Below, piece by piece: positions 10,242 through 23,445 of a stretch of 64,000 nucleotides of DNA (its first letter is position 1; every line of letters begins with the position of its first letter). This DNA is from an uncultured Planctomycetaceae bacterium (lineage in GTDB: Bacteria > Planctomycetota > Planctomycetia > Isosphaerales > Isosphaeraceae): contig CAWIAD010000002.1 in assembly GCA_963833985.1 (NCBI GenBank), positions 1,600,001-1,664,000 on the forward strand, read 5' to 3'. Below the pieces are notes generated by a model. The model was not told the origin of the DNA. It searched no databases and saw only the letters and a program-made list of their open reading frames with translations. The position numbers and the translations under genes were made by a program.

Positions 10242-11177
10242 TCAATCCACGGTCTGCTTGACACGTCGCTTCGAGACCGTCTTCACAGGCTTGGCCTTGG
10301 TTTTCTTGGCGGCCGGCCTGGTTGCTGGTTTCGCGGCTGAAGCCTGGGTGCGCTTTTGCGTGGACTTCGCGGCCTGTGCGGACTTTGTTGCCCGCGGCCT
10401 GGCCGGAGCCTTCGCCTTCACCTTTGTAGTGGGTGCGGCAGCGGGAACCGGGGCTGCGGCCTCGGCCATTTCGATGCCGAAAACATCGGCCAGAGCATCG
10501 GCGGCAATTGTTTTCTTGCCGCGCGGCTGGCCGGTCCTGGCGGCTGGAGCACTGTCGACGGCCCCGGCGATCAGTTCCAGGTGATCAACCTTGCGCAGCA
10601 CGAAGAGGAGTTCCGGCTTCTCGTCGAGCCGGGCGCCGATGCCGTACATCACGGCGGCGACATGCTTGCACATCCCGGCCCAGTCGGGGCATGAGCAGTG
10701 CATCTTGATCTCGGCCGGCTTCGGGAAGAGACCCTTGTCGTGCTGCGTGACCACGTCCATCACGCTCCTGGAGAGCTTTCCCTGGAGCAGCTCCACGAGC
10801 GAACCGATCTGGCCGGAGCACTGGCTCTTGACGCTCTTCCATTGAGCATCCCCCAGCGGCGCAATCGTGATTTCCACCTTGTACAGCTCGGACCCGCTGA
10901 CCATCGCCGAGATCTTGCCCGGCTGGATCTCCAGGTGGACAACCGAGCCGTTGCGCACGTACGTCCGACCGCGTGGCAGGCGATTGGCGTAGTCGCTATA
11001 GGACTCGAGGTTGTCACACCAGGCCTTGCCCCAGAACGTCCGTGCGATGATGCGGCCGGCGATGGCAACCGGAGAAACAGCGAGTCCCTGCTTGCGGCGC
11101 TTTTCCATCTCGCGCATCGCCTGCTTCCTGCGCTCGGCAACCGACACATATGGCCTGTATCCGTAATCCCAACCCAT
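10242..11177 (-). CDS. SWIM zinc-finger protein with Lys/Ala-rich C-terminal tail
   Basis: CSCPDWAGMCKHVAA; RLPRGRTYVR; V.GS..Y.V.I. Confidence 0.9.
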   Translation of the reverse strand: MGWDYGYRPYVSVAERRKQAMREMEKRRKQGLAVSPVAIAGRIIARTFWGKAWCDNLESYSDYANRLPRGRTYVRNGSVVHLEIQPGKISAMVSGSELYKVEITIAPLGDAQWKSVKSQCSGQIGSLVELLQGKLSRSVMDVVTQHDKGLFPKPAEIKMHCSCPDWAGMCKHVAAVMYGIGARLDEKPELLFVLRKVDHLELIAGAVDSAPAARTGQPRGKKTIAADALADVFGIEMAEAAAPVPAAAPTTKVKAKAPARPRATKSAQAAKSTQKRTQASAAKPATRPAAKKTKAKPVKTVSKRRVKQTVD

Positions 11178-11203
11178 CAAGGACTCCTTTCTCGAGAGTC
11201 ACG

Positions 11204-13904
11204 TCACGTGTCGAGAGCCTTATGGATGTCCAGCCGGACAAAGTCGAGGAGCTGCTTGTCGCTCATCTCGGTGAGCAAGGTTTCCGCGCCGTCGATCACT
11301 TCACCGGAGAGGTTTGACTTCTCTCCAATCATCTGATCGATGCGCTCCTCGACGGTACCCCGGCAAATAAATTTATGTACCATGACGTTGCGTCTCTGTC
11401 CAATACGGAACGCTCGATCAGTCGCCTGATTCTCGACGGCCGGGTTCCACCAGCGGTCAAAGTGGAGTACGTGGGAGGCGGCCGTAAGGTTCAACCCTGT
11501 GCCTCCCGCCTTGAGCGAGAGGACGAAGAACGGCGGCCCGTCCTCGCTCTGGAAGCTCTCGACAAGCTTGCGCCGCTGGGCAACCGCAGTGCCTCCATGG
11601 AGCACCAGGCCCGCGCGGCCGAAGACGCCCTCCAGCAGTTGCGCAATCGGCCCGGTCATCTCGCGAAACTGCGTGAAGACCAGGACTTTCTCCTGGCGTT
11701 CGGCAATCTCCTCGCAGAGCCCCGCCAGGCGCTGGAACTTGCCGCTCCACTCGGTCCTGTAGTCGCCGGTGCCGGCAAGCTGTGCGGGGTGATTGCAGAT
11801 CTGCTTGAGCCTCATGAGCTGGGCCAGGATCAGGCCCCGGCGCTGGATGCCCTCGGCTGCCTCGAGCTTCTCTTCCAGATCGCGCACGGCTTGCTGGTAA
11901 AGCGCAGCCTGTTCCCGGCTCAGGTTGCAGAAAGCGGACATCTCAATCTTCTCCGGCAGGTCGGCGATCACCCGCCTGTCGGTCTTGAGCCGGCGCAGGA
12001 TGTACGGCCCGACGAGGGTGCGCAGGGGCTGGTACGACGATCTGGACTCCATCTGCTTGACGAAGCTGGCGAAGGCCTTGGAACCGCCGAGCAACCCCGG
12101 ATTGAGGAAATCGAAGAGCGACCAGAGATCCGACAGGCGATTCTCCACGGGCGTACCGGTCATGGCCACCCGTGCGCTCGCCTTCAGCTCCTTGACCGCG
12201 CGTGATTGCCGGGTGCCGGAGTTCTTGATTGCCTGGGCCTCATCAAGGATCACCAGGTCCCAGCCTTGCTTTCGCAGCCACTCGGTGCGCGACAGCATGC
12301 CGTAAGTCGTGATGAGCAGATCCGCGCTCCGTGCGTCCTGCTCCTCGACCGGCCGACCGCCGGCAGTTGCCGAGGGATGGACGATCAGGAACGACAGGGA
12401 AGGAGCGAAACGCTCGAGCTCAGCCTTCCAGTTGGCAACCAGTGAGGCCGGAACGACCAGCAGACTCGGCCTGGAGTCGGCCGATCCGTTCGCTTCTCGC
12501 TGTGCGTTGCGGTGCAGCAAGAGGCCGATCACCTGTACTGTCTTGCCCAGTCCCATGTCGTCGGCGAGGCAGGCTCCCAGGCCCAGACCGGTGACGAGCT
12601 TCAGCCAGCCCACTCCGGTTTGCTGATAAGGGCGCAACTGTGCGTGCAGACCGGGAGGGCTGGAACCACCGAGGGACCCGGGCGATCGGAGCTTCTTCGA
12701 GCGTTTCCGCGAGCGCAGGGCCGGCGCTCAGGCCGACCCAATGCTTCTCCTCGCTGGCGGCCTCGGCGCCCTCGCGCGGCGCCACGGCACCGGCGAGCAG
12801 CCGCATTCCCTCGTAGAACGAGAGTCCGTTCTTGCGCGCGTTGCGCTCGACATGCTTCCAGTGCTGGAGTGCTTGCTGGAGCTTCTCCTGGTCCACTTCG
12901 ACCCACTTCCCGCGGATGGCCACCAGGCCACCGGTCGATGTCAGCAAATCTTGCAGCTCGGCCTCCGTGAGCGGTTCACCTTCGAGGGTCACGTTCAAGG
13001 AGAAATCGAGCAGGGCGTCGACGCCAAGCCTGCTCTTCTTGCGGCCATCAATCTGGACGTTCACGACCGGCCGGGGCGGGCGGTTCGCCTGCCACCAGTT
13101 CGGTACACGCACGATCAGGCCGCTCTCCTCGAAGACCGGAATGTCTTGCAGGAAGCGGTACGCCTCGCGCGGCGTCCAGGCCAGCGGGTGATAGATCTCG
13201 CGGGTCTCGAACAACTCCCTGACCAGCGTGCTTTGCTCGCTGGCGCGCTGGATGGGCAGAAGCAGAGAGAGCAGCGCGGGCCGGTTCTTCTCGCCGGCGT
13301 ACTGCTCCAGTGCCTTCGCCAGCGGCTGATGCTGCACGCCTCCCCGGGCGGAAAGCCTGGGAATGTAGGTCGCCAGGAACGCAAAGGGATGCTCCGGATC
13401 GCGCTTGTTTTCCGCCAGGTGGAAGGTGACCCGTCCGACCAGCCGCCATTGCGGGTTCCGCTCGCTGAGGTACGCCTGGATCCCACCCGGATGATTCCTG
13501 GCCTCGCAGCGGACCAGCGCATCAAGCTCCGTCCACCACGCGGCAAGAACCTCGGCGTTCAGGTACTCGGCCCCGGGCATGGGAGGCGCCTGGAGCACCT
13601 GGAACGCGAGCTCCGTTTCCGCGGGAGCCGCCACCGCGGCAGGAACTCCTGCCTCGCCGTCGGCCGGCGTTTGACAGAGCCTCGTCAGGTAAAGGCGCGC
13701 GAAGTCGCGTGCGTAGCCGAACGCAGGTGGAAGGGCTGACTGGAGCTCGGTCGTGGCCAGGTGCAAGAGACCGTGATCACATCCTTTCGTGAAAGCGGCA
13801 TGCACGCGCTTGCCCGGAGCGCCGTCAAGCGCAGTAGTGCCGGCTTTCTGCACCTCGCGGACATGGAGATGGCCCTGGGGGGATAGCGTCAGCTCGAAAG
13901 GCAT
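11204..13904 (-). CDS. SNF2-family DEAD/DEAH-like ATPase (frameshift near 12697)
   Basis: LRPYQ, LADDMGLGKT, ILDEAQ, TGTPVEN, SLKAGGTGLNLT, WWNPAVENQATDRAFRIGQ; ORFs 12420-13919 and 11204-12637 join if one base is removed. Confidence 0.9.
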
Positions 13905-13948
13905 GGACGGCTCCGTCAAACCTCGTTCCCGATCAATCGCTACTTCTT

Positions 13949-14926
13949 CTACGAATCATGGTTCAGCACAGATCCATGATTGAAGGCCGTGGTCCAGAGC
14001 AGCGACGTGGCAGGCAAGCCAGAACGATCGACGAGGAGCTGGGCCACCGCATCAAGATCGCGTGGAGGAAGCGCGCTGAAGGCGTAGAGCGTTGGCCCCC
14101 ACGAGCTCTGCCCTGCGCCGGTGAGGCCAAGCTGGTTCAGTAGGGCGATGATCGTCTCGGCTTGCGGGCTGGCGTAGAGCCCCCCCTGGACGGGTGCGAA
14201 GGCGGCGCCGGTGTGGGCTTGAAGCTCGGCCACCGCCGCGCCGAAGTCCTCGAGGTTGTGCTCGGCCACGGCGGGAAGGATGCCCAGCAGCACCAGCCGG
14301 CAGAGCCGTTCGCTGACCCGTTCGGTCAGGGGAGCGAGGGCCTGGAACGCCTGGACCTCGTCCGGACCGTGCCTCCCCTGCGGGCCCGGCGGCTGCACGA
14401 TGAGGATCGACCAGTCGTCCGGGAATGGCATGCGGGCAATCAATGGCGGTGGATGCGCGTCGTCGCGCCGGCCGCCATCGACAATCAGTCCTCCCTGGGC
14501 GAACCCGTGCAGGCCGATCCCCGATCGGCGGCCCCGGCCGGTGAGCACCGCGAGTTCCTGGACCGTTGGCTCGAGGTGGCCGGAGAGGTGCAGCACCAGC
14601 CGCGCCACGGCGAGAGCAAGCTGAGTTCCGACTCCCAGGCCCACGTGGTGAGAGGGCGCGGTGATGACCTCGATGCGGGCCGGCACCATGTCGCCGCCTG
14701 CGGCCTTGGATTCGTGCCACTGCCGCCGGATCTGGGCAATCACGGCTTCCACGCGATCCGCGAGCGGACCAGTCACACTCCAGCGCGCCGCGGGAGCGGC
14801 GGTCAGCTCGATGCCGGGGTCTGCCACCATGAGCCCGACCCCGCCGAATTGCCGGGGGACGTGCGGTCCCCAGCCAAGTAGACCGAAATGGAGCCGGCTC
14901 GCCGTTCCGATTCGAAGGTGCGTCAT
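13949..14926 (-). CDS. mptG: Beta-ribofuranosylaminobenzene 5'-phosphate (beta-RFAP) synthase, methanopterin biosynthesis
   Basis: GHMP-like: SRLHFGLL, HVGLGVGTQLALA, GRGRRSGIG, GGLIVDGG, GQSSWGPT. Confidence 0.9.
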   Translation of the reverse strand: MTHLRIGTASRLHFGLLGWGPHVPRQFGGVGLMVADPGIELTAAPAARWSVTGPLADRVEAVIAQIRRQWHESKAAGGDMVPARIEVITAPSHHVGLGVGTQLALAVARLVLHLSGHLEPTVQELAVLTGRGRRSGIGLHGFAQGGLIVDGGRRDDAHPPPLIARMPFPDDWSILIVQPPGPQGRHGPDEVQAFQALAPLTERVSERLCRLVLLGILPAVAEHNLEDFGAAVAELQAHTGAAFAPVQGGLYASPQAETIIALLNQLGLTGAGQSSWGPTLYAFSALPPRDLDAVAQLLVDRSGLPATSLLWTTAFNHGSVLNHDS

Positions 14927-15528
14927 GAGCGTGTCGCGACGGGATCGGCGGGTGCGATCTCGGGCGCCTTGAGAACGTGGTCCCGCAGGATCCGCAGGGC
15001 TTCCTCTTCGATGGGACCTCCGGTTTTGACAACGATCACGGCCAGCCGGTCGAGTTCTGAGAGGATCCCTGCGCGGGGCAAGAACGCGGTACGCGTGGCC
15101 AGGATCGCGGCCTCCACCACGGCGTGGCGGGCGCGGTTGAAGCCGACGAAATCGCGGAGCCGGCCCTCGGCCAGCGTCTGCACGCGGAACCGGGCACGGT
15201 CCGCTTCGTCGTCCACGTCCGTCACGCGGAATTCATAGTAGCGGCAGGCGCTGGCCAGGATTGAGCCGGCCACCTGCCGGGCGGGACGAAGCACGGGAAC
15301 GGGTACCAAGGGTGCGCCAATGGCCGACTGTGCCAGCAGCAGGACATCATCGATCACATGGAAGACGCCCTCGCCCCGCGACTTCAGGTTCTGATACGTG
15401 ATGGACGAACGAAAGGGGCGAATCTCGAACACGCTCATGCTGGAGTCCGGGCCGATCTCCGGCCCCATGGGGGCGATGTTCAGCCGGTCCTCGGAGCTGA
15501 GGGTGGTGACGATGCCTTCAATGATCAC
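14923..15528 (-). CDS. DUF447 family protein (H4MPT-cluster associated)
   Basis: IIEGIVTT..NIAPMG, TYQNL, GFNRARHAVVEAAILATR, KTGG; GTGA overlap with the upstream gene. Confidence 0.85.
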   Translation of the reverse strand: MIIEGIVTTLSSEDRLNIAPMGPEIGPDSSMSVFEIRPFRSSITYQNLKSRGEGVFHVIDDVLLLAQSAIGAPLVPVPVLRPARQVAGSILASACRYYEFRVTDVDDEADRARFRVQTLAEGRLRDFVGFNRARHAVVEAAILATRTAFLPRAGILSELDRLAVIVVKTGGPIEEEALRILRDHVLKAPEIAPADPVATRS

Positions 15529-16953
15529 GCGCGCGTCTCGTGGTCCTGGTTGCGGCTCATCGCGTGCCGGCGCGCCAGGTGGCTCTGTTCCGGCTCGGTC
15601 AGGAAACCCCACTGGAGCGCTTGATCCTGGCGATACGCTTTGCCGAGAGTCAAGGCGGTTTTCGCCTTCATGAGCTCGTGGCCAAGGTAGAAGGCGTGCG
15701 CGGGATCGGTGATTTGCATGAGATCAAAGAGCTCAAAGGGATCGGGGCTGCTCAGGAACGACGAGTTGTTCAGCGCGTAGATCCTCCCGTTCTCGGCGTA
15801 GATCCGCCAGTTCGGGTCGCGAATCCGCCGTTGCAGCTCTTCCAGGTTTTCAAGTCCGAACGACGCACTCCGCGGATCTCGAAGCATGACCAGCCCCGGC
15901 TCCAGGTGCTTGGGGAGTGTCCGGTGCGTGACGGCGTGGTACATGAGCCGGCGCGCCAGGTCGATCTCGCGAACCGACGATGCGGCCCAGGGGATGACCG
16001 CGGTGGTGAGCACGCTGCGGATGGAGAGTTCCTGGCAGAAGCCGATGAGCACGGTATTCACTCCGGCCGAATCGACGTCGGTCAATTCCGTGAGGTTGCC
16101 GGTGCCCATCATGAGCGCCGCGTCAGGGTAACGTCTGCGAACTTCCAGGTACCGGCCCAGCGATGCAGCGAACCCAAACCCGATCGGTTCGAGGATCGGA
16201 TCGATACGGAAGGGAATGCGCTTCCTGTCCAGAAACTCCACCGTCTCGTCCAGCCCGTCGAGCGTGCCGGGCCGATCGGGAATGGCCACCACCTCGACGC
16301 CCCATTCTGCCGCGTGCTGCCGATTCGAGGCGTTCACGCTGAGCACGAGCCGTGCGCCCGCGACGGCGGCCAGGGCGACCTCTGCCGGGTTGAAGCTGTC
16401 GATCGAGACACGGATGTTCCGATCAGCGAGCGCCTGCACCGCGTCGCCGACGCCGTGCCAGGTTTCGCCCGGAAGGCAGCCGAGGTCGATGAGATCAGCC
16501 CCGTCGCGGACAAACTGCTCGGCCTCGGCGAGGAGTTGTTCGCGGGAGAGCCGCGGGGCATGGTTGATCTCGGCCAGGATCTCGATGTCGTGGGCACCGT
16601 AGTCCAGGACCTGCGCTGGCCCGAGTCCGAAGTGGCGGGGAAGATCCCGCAGGTCCTCGGGCCCGAGCTCGACCGCTGCGCCGGCCGCTTTCTCAAGGAC
16701 AGGTGCCAGCTCGCCCCGGCAATGGCCCGGCAGGATGACCCGATCGACGTCCGGCGGAATCTCGATACGTCGCGCCACCCAGGCCGGCGTCATCGAGCGC
16801 GGCCACCGAGATCGGCAGGACGGCGATTTGCGGTTGGAACCCGGCGCGCGGAGCGAGATCATCGAGCACCTGCCGGAGCGCGAACTCGGCCAGGCGCCCG
16901 GTGACGAAGAGAATGCGTGGAAACGCGTTCGATCCGGTTTCACCTGCGCTCAA
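15525..16953 (-). CDS. Dihydropteroate-synthase-like pterin-binding protein (Orf20/DUF6513 type; frameshift near 16795)
   Basis: ILFVTGRLAE...VAAL/MTP, GPEDLRDLP, GADLIDLGC, SIDSF, DPILEPIGFG, GNLTELTDVDS, HAFYLG.EL.KA. Confidence 0.85.
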
Positions 16954-17356
16954 CGACGCAACCTGAAGCAGAGGCCCTCGGACTCGGTCACTCCGTCCAG
17001 TGTAGCAGCTTCCCAAATCCAGCCGCAAACCCGGGTGCGCGGCCGCGGTTTCGGCGATGCGATCGACTAACGACAGGAATGCGGACTGAATTCGAGTGCC
17101 GTCTCACTCACGACACCTTATGCAACCCATGGGACATGACCGAGCTTGGACCGTCGGGAATGCGAGGTGTTCGCTTTGGCCCCCGCGCCGGGCGGACCGG
17201 GCTCGAGCACCTGGCCGGGGCGCGCTTCGGCGGCAGGATTCACGGCGGCTTTCGAGGCGCGGTATTGACTGCGAGGTGGAAACCATCGCGACGCGCACTC
17301 GAGAGCCGGACGGATGGGGCGCTACTCGATCGGCTGCAACGGGACGCGGCAGCCGC

Positions 17357-18872
17357 TCAGTCGCTGCCCACCGGGTTGGGCGCGGTGTAGCCGTCGGAGA
17401 GCGTCGACAGGAAGTTGACGAGGTCCTGCTCCTCCGAATCGGTCAGGCCGAGGTTGCCGATCTGGGCGATACCGGGCGTGTTCGAGCGTGACCCCTGCAC
17501 ATTGTTGACGTTGTCAATGACCTCCGGCGGCGCGAAGAGCGGCGTGTAGCCGGCCGGCGGCCCCGCGACGAGGTTGAAGACCACCGTGGCGCCCTTGGGG
17601 TTCATCGCCCAGTTTCGTTTGTTGTAGAAATGAACGACCTCGCTCAGGCTCTTGAAGACGCCGTTGTGCATGTAGGCCTTCACAAAGCCAGGGTTCGGCC
17701 GTTTGTCGACGTTGCGAGTCGTCGGTGCCTGGAAGAGCCCGCGGTACTGGGGGATATCACCCGGCGTGCTGTTGTAAAACTTCGTGCCGTCGGGGGCGGG
17801 GTTCGGGTTCGCACCCAGACCATAGTCAACGAAGGCCGTACCCATGGGGTTGCAGCCATGCGGGTTGCTCGTGCAATCCGTCTCCTGATAGAACGGGTTG
17901 CCGTAGTTCTTGGGGACGCCGATGTTGGCGAAGCAGTACATCGTGAAGGTGTCCTTGCCGTTGGTCATCGCGGACACGGGCGGGAACATTGAAGACGAAT
18001 GGCACTCCGAGCAGTGGGCATTGACGGCCGTCCCATCCGGCCTCATGTAGTTGCCGAAATAGAGCCTCCATTCCCCTGAGTTCGGACGCCGTGAGGATGT
18101 ACTTGGTCTGCGGTGGAACGCCGAACATCGACGCGTCGAACTTCGAGCTGAAGGGACAAACCTCGCCCGAGGACTCGAAGGCCGCCTCGGCCTGCGTGAT
18201 GATCTCGTACAGCTGGGGGACAGTGTACTTCGTGAACACGTCCTTGCCGAAGATTTTCTTCATGAGCCGGGCGTAGGGCCGTTTCTCAACCTTATGAACG
18301 ACGAGTGCGGAGTAGCCGCCCAGTGGTGGCGGATACACACCGTTTGTAGGGGTGTTGTCCATCTCGTCGGGGTTGATGAACGGCTGCATGGCCTGGGTGG
18401 AGAGGTCGGGGACCCGGCCGTCCCAGAAGTCTCCCCCCACATAGGCCGCGGCGAACTCCGCGTCATAGTACGGTCCGACCGGGCTGAAGGCCGCGTAGGC
18501 GTAGCTCTGGGGCCTGCGATTTCCGCTCCGCCCGGGGACGACTCCCGGTTGCGGACCGGCGCCAAGGTTAACGACCGAGACCGACCCGCTGGTGAAGCCG
18601 GTCTCCTGAACGTGGCACGTCGCGCAGGCGTATCCTGGAGGATCCGACAGAGTGTCGTCGTAGAGGATGTCCTTGCCTAGTTGCTCCACGTCGCTCAACT
18701 TGATGATGTTGCGCGGCGTCTTCGGTGGTGGTAGGGGTGGGTAAAACACGAACGGCGTGACCTGCTGGGCGCGTGCCGGGATCGCCCTTGGAAACGACAG
18801 CAGAACCAGCGCGGCGAGTGCCGCAAGCCCCATTGCGGCCATCGCTCCGGCAACCAGATGCTTCCTGGTCAT
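17357..18872 (-). CDS. Di-heme cytochrome c peroxidase/MauG-family protein (frameshift near 18065)
   Basis: CATCH and CSECH heme motifs, FWDGR, PFINPDEM, APTTRNV, YMHNG, LVNFLSTLSD; N-terminal signal/TM segment. Confidence 0.85.
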
Positions 18873-19847
18873 AGCTCGGGTCTCCCTGGTCAGTGACGCG
18901 TCACGCGCGAGAAAGCTGCGACGGGGTGGCCGACACCACGTTTTCAGTGGAGACGGCTGGTCGGCCATCGGCGTCGCTCTTGCTGTGCGCGACCTGTTCA
19001 ATCAACACTCATGGAGCCCATTCCCTTGAGCGCTCACGAATCGATCAGTCTGTGTCTTCCGCCTGGTTGTTCCCCATCGGCTCGACGCGGTGCGCAGGCT
19101 GGATGGTGCGCAGTGGAACCGGTCAGGTTCCGCGCGAGTCCCTCCGGCCCGTGCCCGCGTGCCTGTTGAAGCTCTTGGCTGAGTGGCCCTGGTCGAAGGC
19201 CTGGAGTTATTGCCCCGCGCCCTGAAACGCGGGCAGACAGGTCCCTACCCTGCAACGTCTCATCCCTGGACGTGAGCGCCACCATGGTGAGCAGGCGAGA
19301 ACAGTATGTGCACAGAGCGCTGGTTGTGCGCTCGTGCTACTGGTGGTGGTTGCTTCGCCACATCCGATCCGCGGCGTGAACCTCAAGGCAAGGCAGGCGC
19401 GCAGATCGAGCCGCGTCGGACATCACTGCCATGGTCGCACGATCGTCGGAGTAGTCAAACAGGCATTGAGCCGGAATCCCAGGCCAGTTAGAGAGGAGGG
19501 AAACATTCATCCCCGCTGGTCGATTCGTCTGGCGATTATTGGCGTCTCTGATGGGCCAGTCAATGTCAAATCCATGTTCTTAATTATTTTTTAATGATGG
19601 AACCTTGAGGACAGCATCCCGTTGTTCACCCGGCACCGAGTGGTGAATTCCTTGTGAAACATGTCGCGGCACATCGCGCAACGGCACGGAGTTTTCATAT
19701 GGTGCCTAAATTTGCGTGTGAGTGCGGATGCACGGCATGGTGACTAATATGACGCGATTGACGGGATGCATGCCGCTGAGACAGTTGCAAGAATGATCGT
19801 CGCGAACGACCGACCCGCCGATCGAGGAACCGGAACGGGGACGCAGC

Positions 19848-19981
19848 CAGGGCGGTTGTCTGACGGGTTGCAGGCAGTTTCTGAGTTTTGGAAAGGAGGC
19901 AGACATTCCTGTTTGCCGGGGCAGGCTTGCTCGGGCAGGCAGGAATGCCTGCCCCCCGAGCTCAGTCTGCGATCCGGTGAA
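19848..19981 (-). mobile_element. MITE/REPIN-like element, family 2, degenerate copy
   Basis: Aligns with the reverse complement of 29837-29987 (e.g. GGCAGTTTCTGAGTTTTGGA, GGCAGGCAGGAATGCCTGCCCCCCG, CTCAGTCTGCGATCCG); one end is lost. Confidence 0.8.
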
Positions 19982-20090
19982 CCGAAACGGGGACGGGAAC
20001 CGAAACGGAACCGAAAAGGGGACGCAGCTCGTATGGGAACCGAAACGGAACCGAAACGGGGACGGAACCGAAACGGGTCGCAGCTAGTAT
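19979..20090. repeat. Irregular tandem array of GAACCGAAACGG(GGACGCAGC) units
   Basis: Six ACCGAAA(C/A)GG cores in about 110 bp; a related unit lies at 19827-19847. Confidence 0.8.
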
Positions 20091-20125
20091 GACAAGGTGT
20101 GAGCGAACGGCTATGCATCAAGGCC

Positions 20126-20271
20126 ATACCAGGGACAGCCCGCAAGGCACCTGGTCTGGTCTACCACGTCCTGAACCGCGCGGAAGGCAGGAAGCACCTG
20201 CTTCGCGGGGATGATGACTTCCAGGCGTTTCAGCGAGTCCTGGTGAAGGCCCACTCTCGGCATCCTTTGAT
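20126..20271 (+). pseudogene. 5' stub of a REP-associated tyrosine transposase (RAYT, IS200/Y1-like)
   Basis: (I)PGTARKAPGLVYHVLNRAEGRKHLLRGDDDFQAFQRVL matches the RAYT N-terminus; the start position reads ATA and the sequence ends before the HUH motif. Confidence 0.75.
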
Positions 20272-20490
20272 GTTGTTCTGGCTGGCACCGTCCTGGATGC
20301 GAATGCCGCGCTGCACATTGCCCAGCCCAGGGCCGTGCCGCCGGCTGATGTCAGGCCCACGAGATTGTCGGCCACGACGTTCTGCGTGTCGCCCCGCTGA
20401 TGCGGCCTCCATGTCCCGCATCGCCCGGGATCACATTGGCTGCGCCGGCCGTCGTGCCGCTCACGGTTTCGCCGGTGGAAATGATGGCGA
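20268..20490 (-). pseudogene. Relic of a right-handed beta-helix surface protein
   Basis: Frameshifted fragments VSGTTAGAANVIPGDAGHGGRISG / TQNVVADNLVGLTSAGGTALG / NVQRGIRIQDGASQNNI. Confidence 0.6.
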
Positions 20491-20818
20491 ACGATCTCGG
20501 CTCGCGGGGGCGGACGATCCCCCACCCATGCGGCGCGGCTCGGATTCTGGGCGACGCCGCGGGTGCCGGCGGGGGCGCGGCTGACGATTTTGCAGAAGCG
20601 GTCCGCGCTTGACGGGTCCGATGTTCGCTCTTCCACGCGCGGTGCAGTCCGGTGATGTGCCCTGTTCAGGCCGGCTTGCAATCATGCGGGGGCAGCGCGC
20701 GGCCAGAAAAGGGAGTGGACCCTACTTTTCCGTTCACCGGACTGCAACAATCCAGCACGGGCCAGTCATATGAAGCGCAGACCTGCCCGGGTCCCGGGCC
20801 CTGGAAAGGAGAGTCATC

Positions 20819-21754
20819 ATGCACACGAGACGAGACTTCGGGAAGATTGTGCTGGCCGGACTGCCACTCTCGCTGGCGTGCAAGCCGGTTCGCGCCGGTA
20901 CCGAGGGCGTACGGATCGGCGTCCAGTCGTACAGCTTTCGCACCTTGCCACTCGACGCGGCCATCAAGGCGATGTCCGAGATCGGCATCGGCGAATGCGA
21001 GCTGTTCGCCGGCCACGTCGAGCCCAGGCCCACGTCCGGTGGCGGCGGAGCCCGGCGGAAAGACGCCGGTGGATCCGCGGCGAAGACCGAGTCCGCGAAA
21101 GGTGGAACGTCCCGCAGGTCGGGCCAGGAGGAGCTGCGGCACTGGCGGCTCACGGTGCCGATGGACCACTTCACGGCCATCCGCCGCAAGTTTGATGACG
21201 CCGGCATCCGCCTGCACGCCTACAACCTCAGTTTCAACGACAGCTTCAGCGACGAGGAGATCGATCGCGGCTTCGAGATGGCCAGGGCCCTGGGCGTGGG
21301 CATCATCACCGCGTCTTCAACCCTCAGCGCGGCGAAGCGCGTGGCCCCGTTCGCCGACAAGCACAGGATGATCGTCGCCATGCACGGCCACGACGATACG
21401 CGCGACCCGAACCAGTTCGCCAAACCCGAGAGCTTCGCGCAGGCCATGGCGCTGTCGAAGAACTTCTGGGTCAACCTCGACATCGGCCACTTCTTCGCCG
21501 CGGGGTATGACCCCGTGGCCTACATCGAGGAACACCACGACCGCATCAGCAACCTGCACCTCAAGGACCGCAAGAAAGACCACGGGCCGAACACTCCCTG
21601 GGGGCAGGGGGATACACCGATCAAGGAGGTGCTCCAGCTCCTCAAGAGCAAGAAGTACGATATTCCCGCGGATATCGAGTACGAGTACCGGGGAGCCGAC
21701 CCCGTGGCCGAGGTGCGCAAGTGCTTCCAGTATTGCAAGGACGCGCTCGCGTAG
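20819..21754 (+). CDS. Tat-exported sugar phosphate isomerase/epimerase (AP-endonuclease-2 TIM barrel)
   Basis: [37 protein letters not shown]. Confidence 0.85.
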   Translation: MHTRRDFGKIVLAGLPLSLACKPVRAGTEGVRIGVQSYSFRTLPLDAAIKAMSEIGIGECELFAGHVEPRPTSGGGGARRKDAGGSAAKTESAKGGTSRRSGQEELRHWRLTVPMDHFTAIRRKFDDAGIRLHAYNLSFNDSFSDEEIDRGFEMARALGVGIITASSTLSAAKRVAPFADKHRMIVAMHGHDDTRDPNQFAKPESFAQAMALSKNFWVNLDIGHFFAAGYDPVAYIEEHHDRISNLHLKDRKKDHGPNTPWGQGDTPIKEVLQLLKSKKYDIPADIEYEYRGADPVAEVRKCFQYCKDALA

Positions 21755-21859
21755 CCGAAACCATGACAACACGCCGGTCCGATCCGCGCGGGCCGGCCGC
21801 CCCTGTTTCGAACGGATCGCACTGTGGAGAAACTAACGACTACGGGGAGGGGGGATGGT

Positions 21860-23392
<1,533 letters not shown>

Positions 23393-23445
23393 GCCGGCAC
23401 CACGACGGGCTGCGCGTGCCAGGTCGCCGCAGCCCGTATCGCTCT

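Noticed and set aside
19979..20090. Possible CRISPR mini-array
   Set aside because: Units are 11-29 bp, irregular, have no unique spacers, and there are no cas genes.
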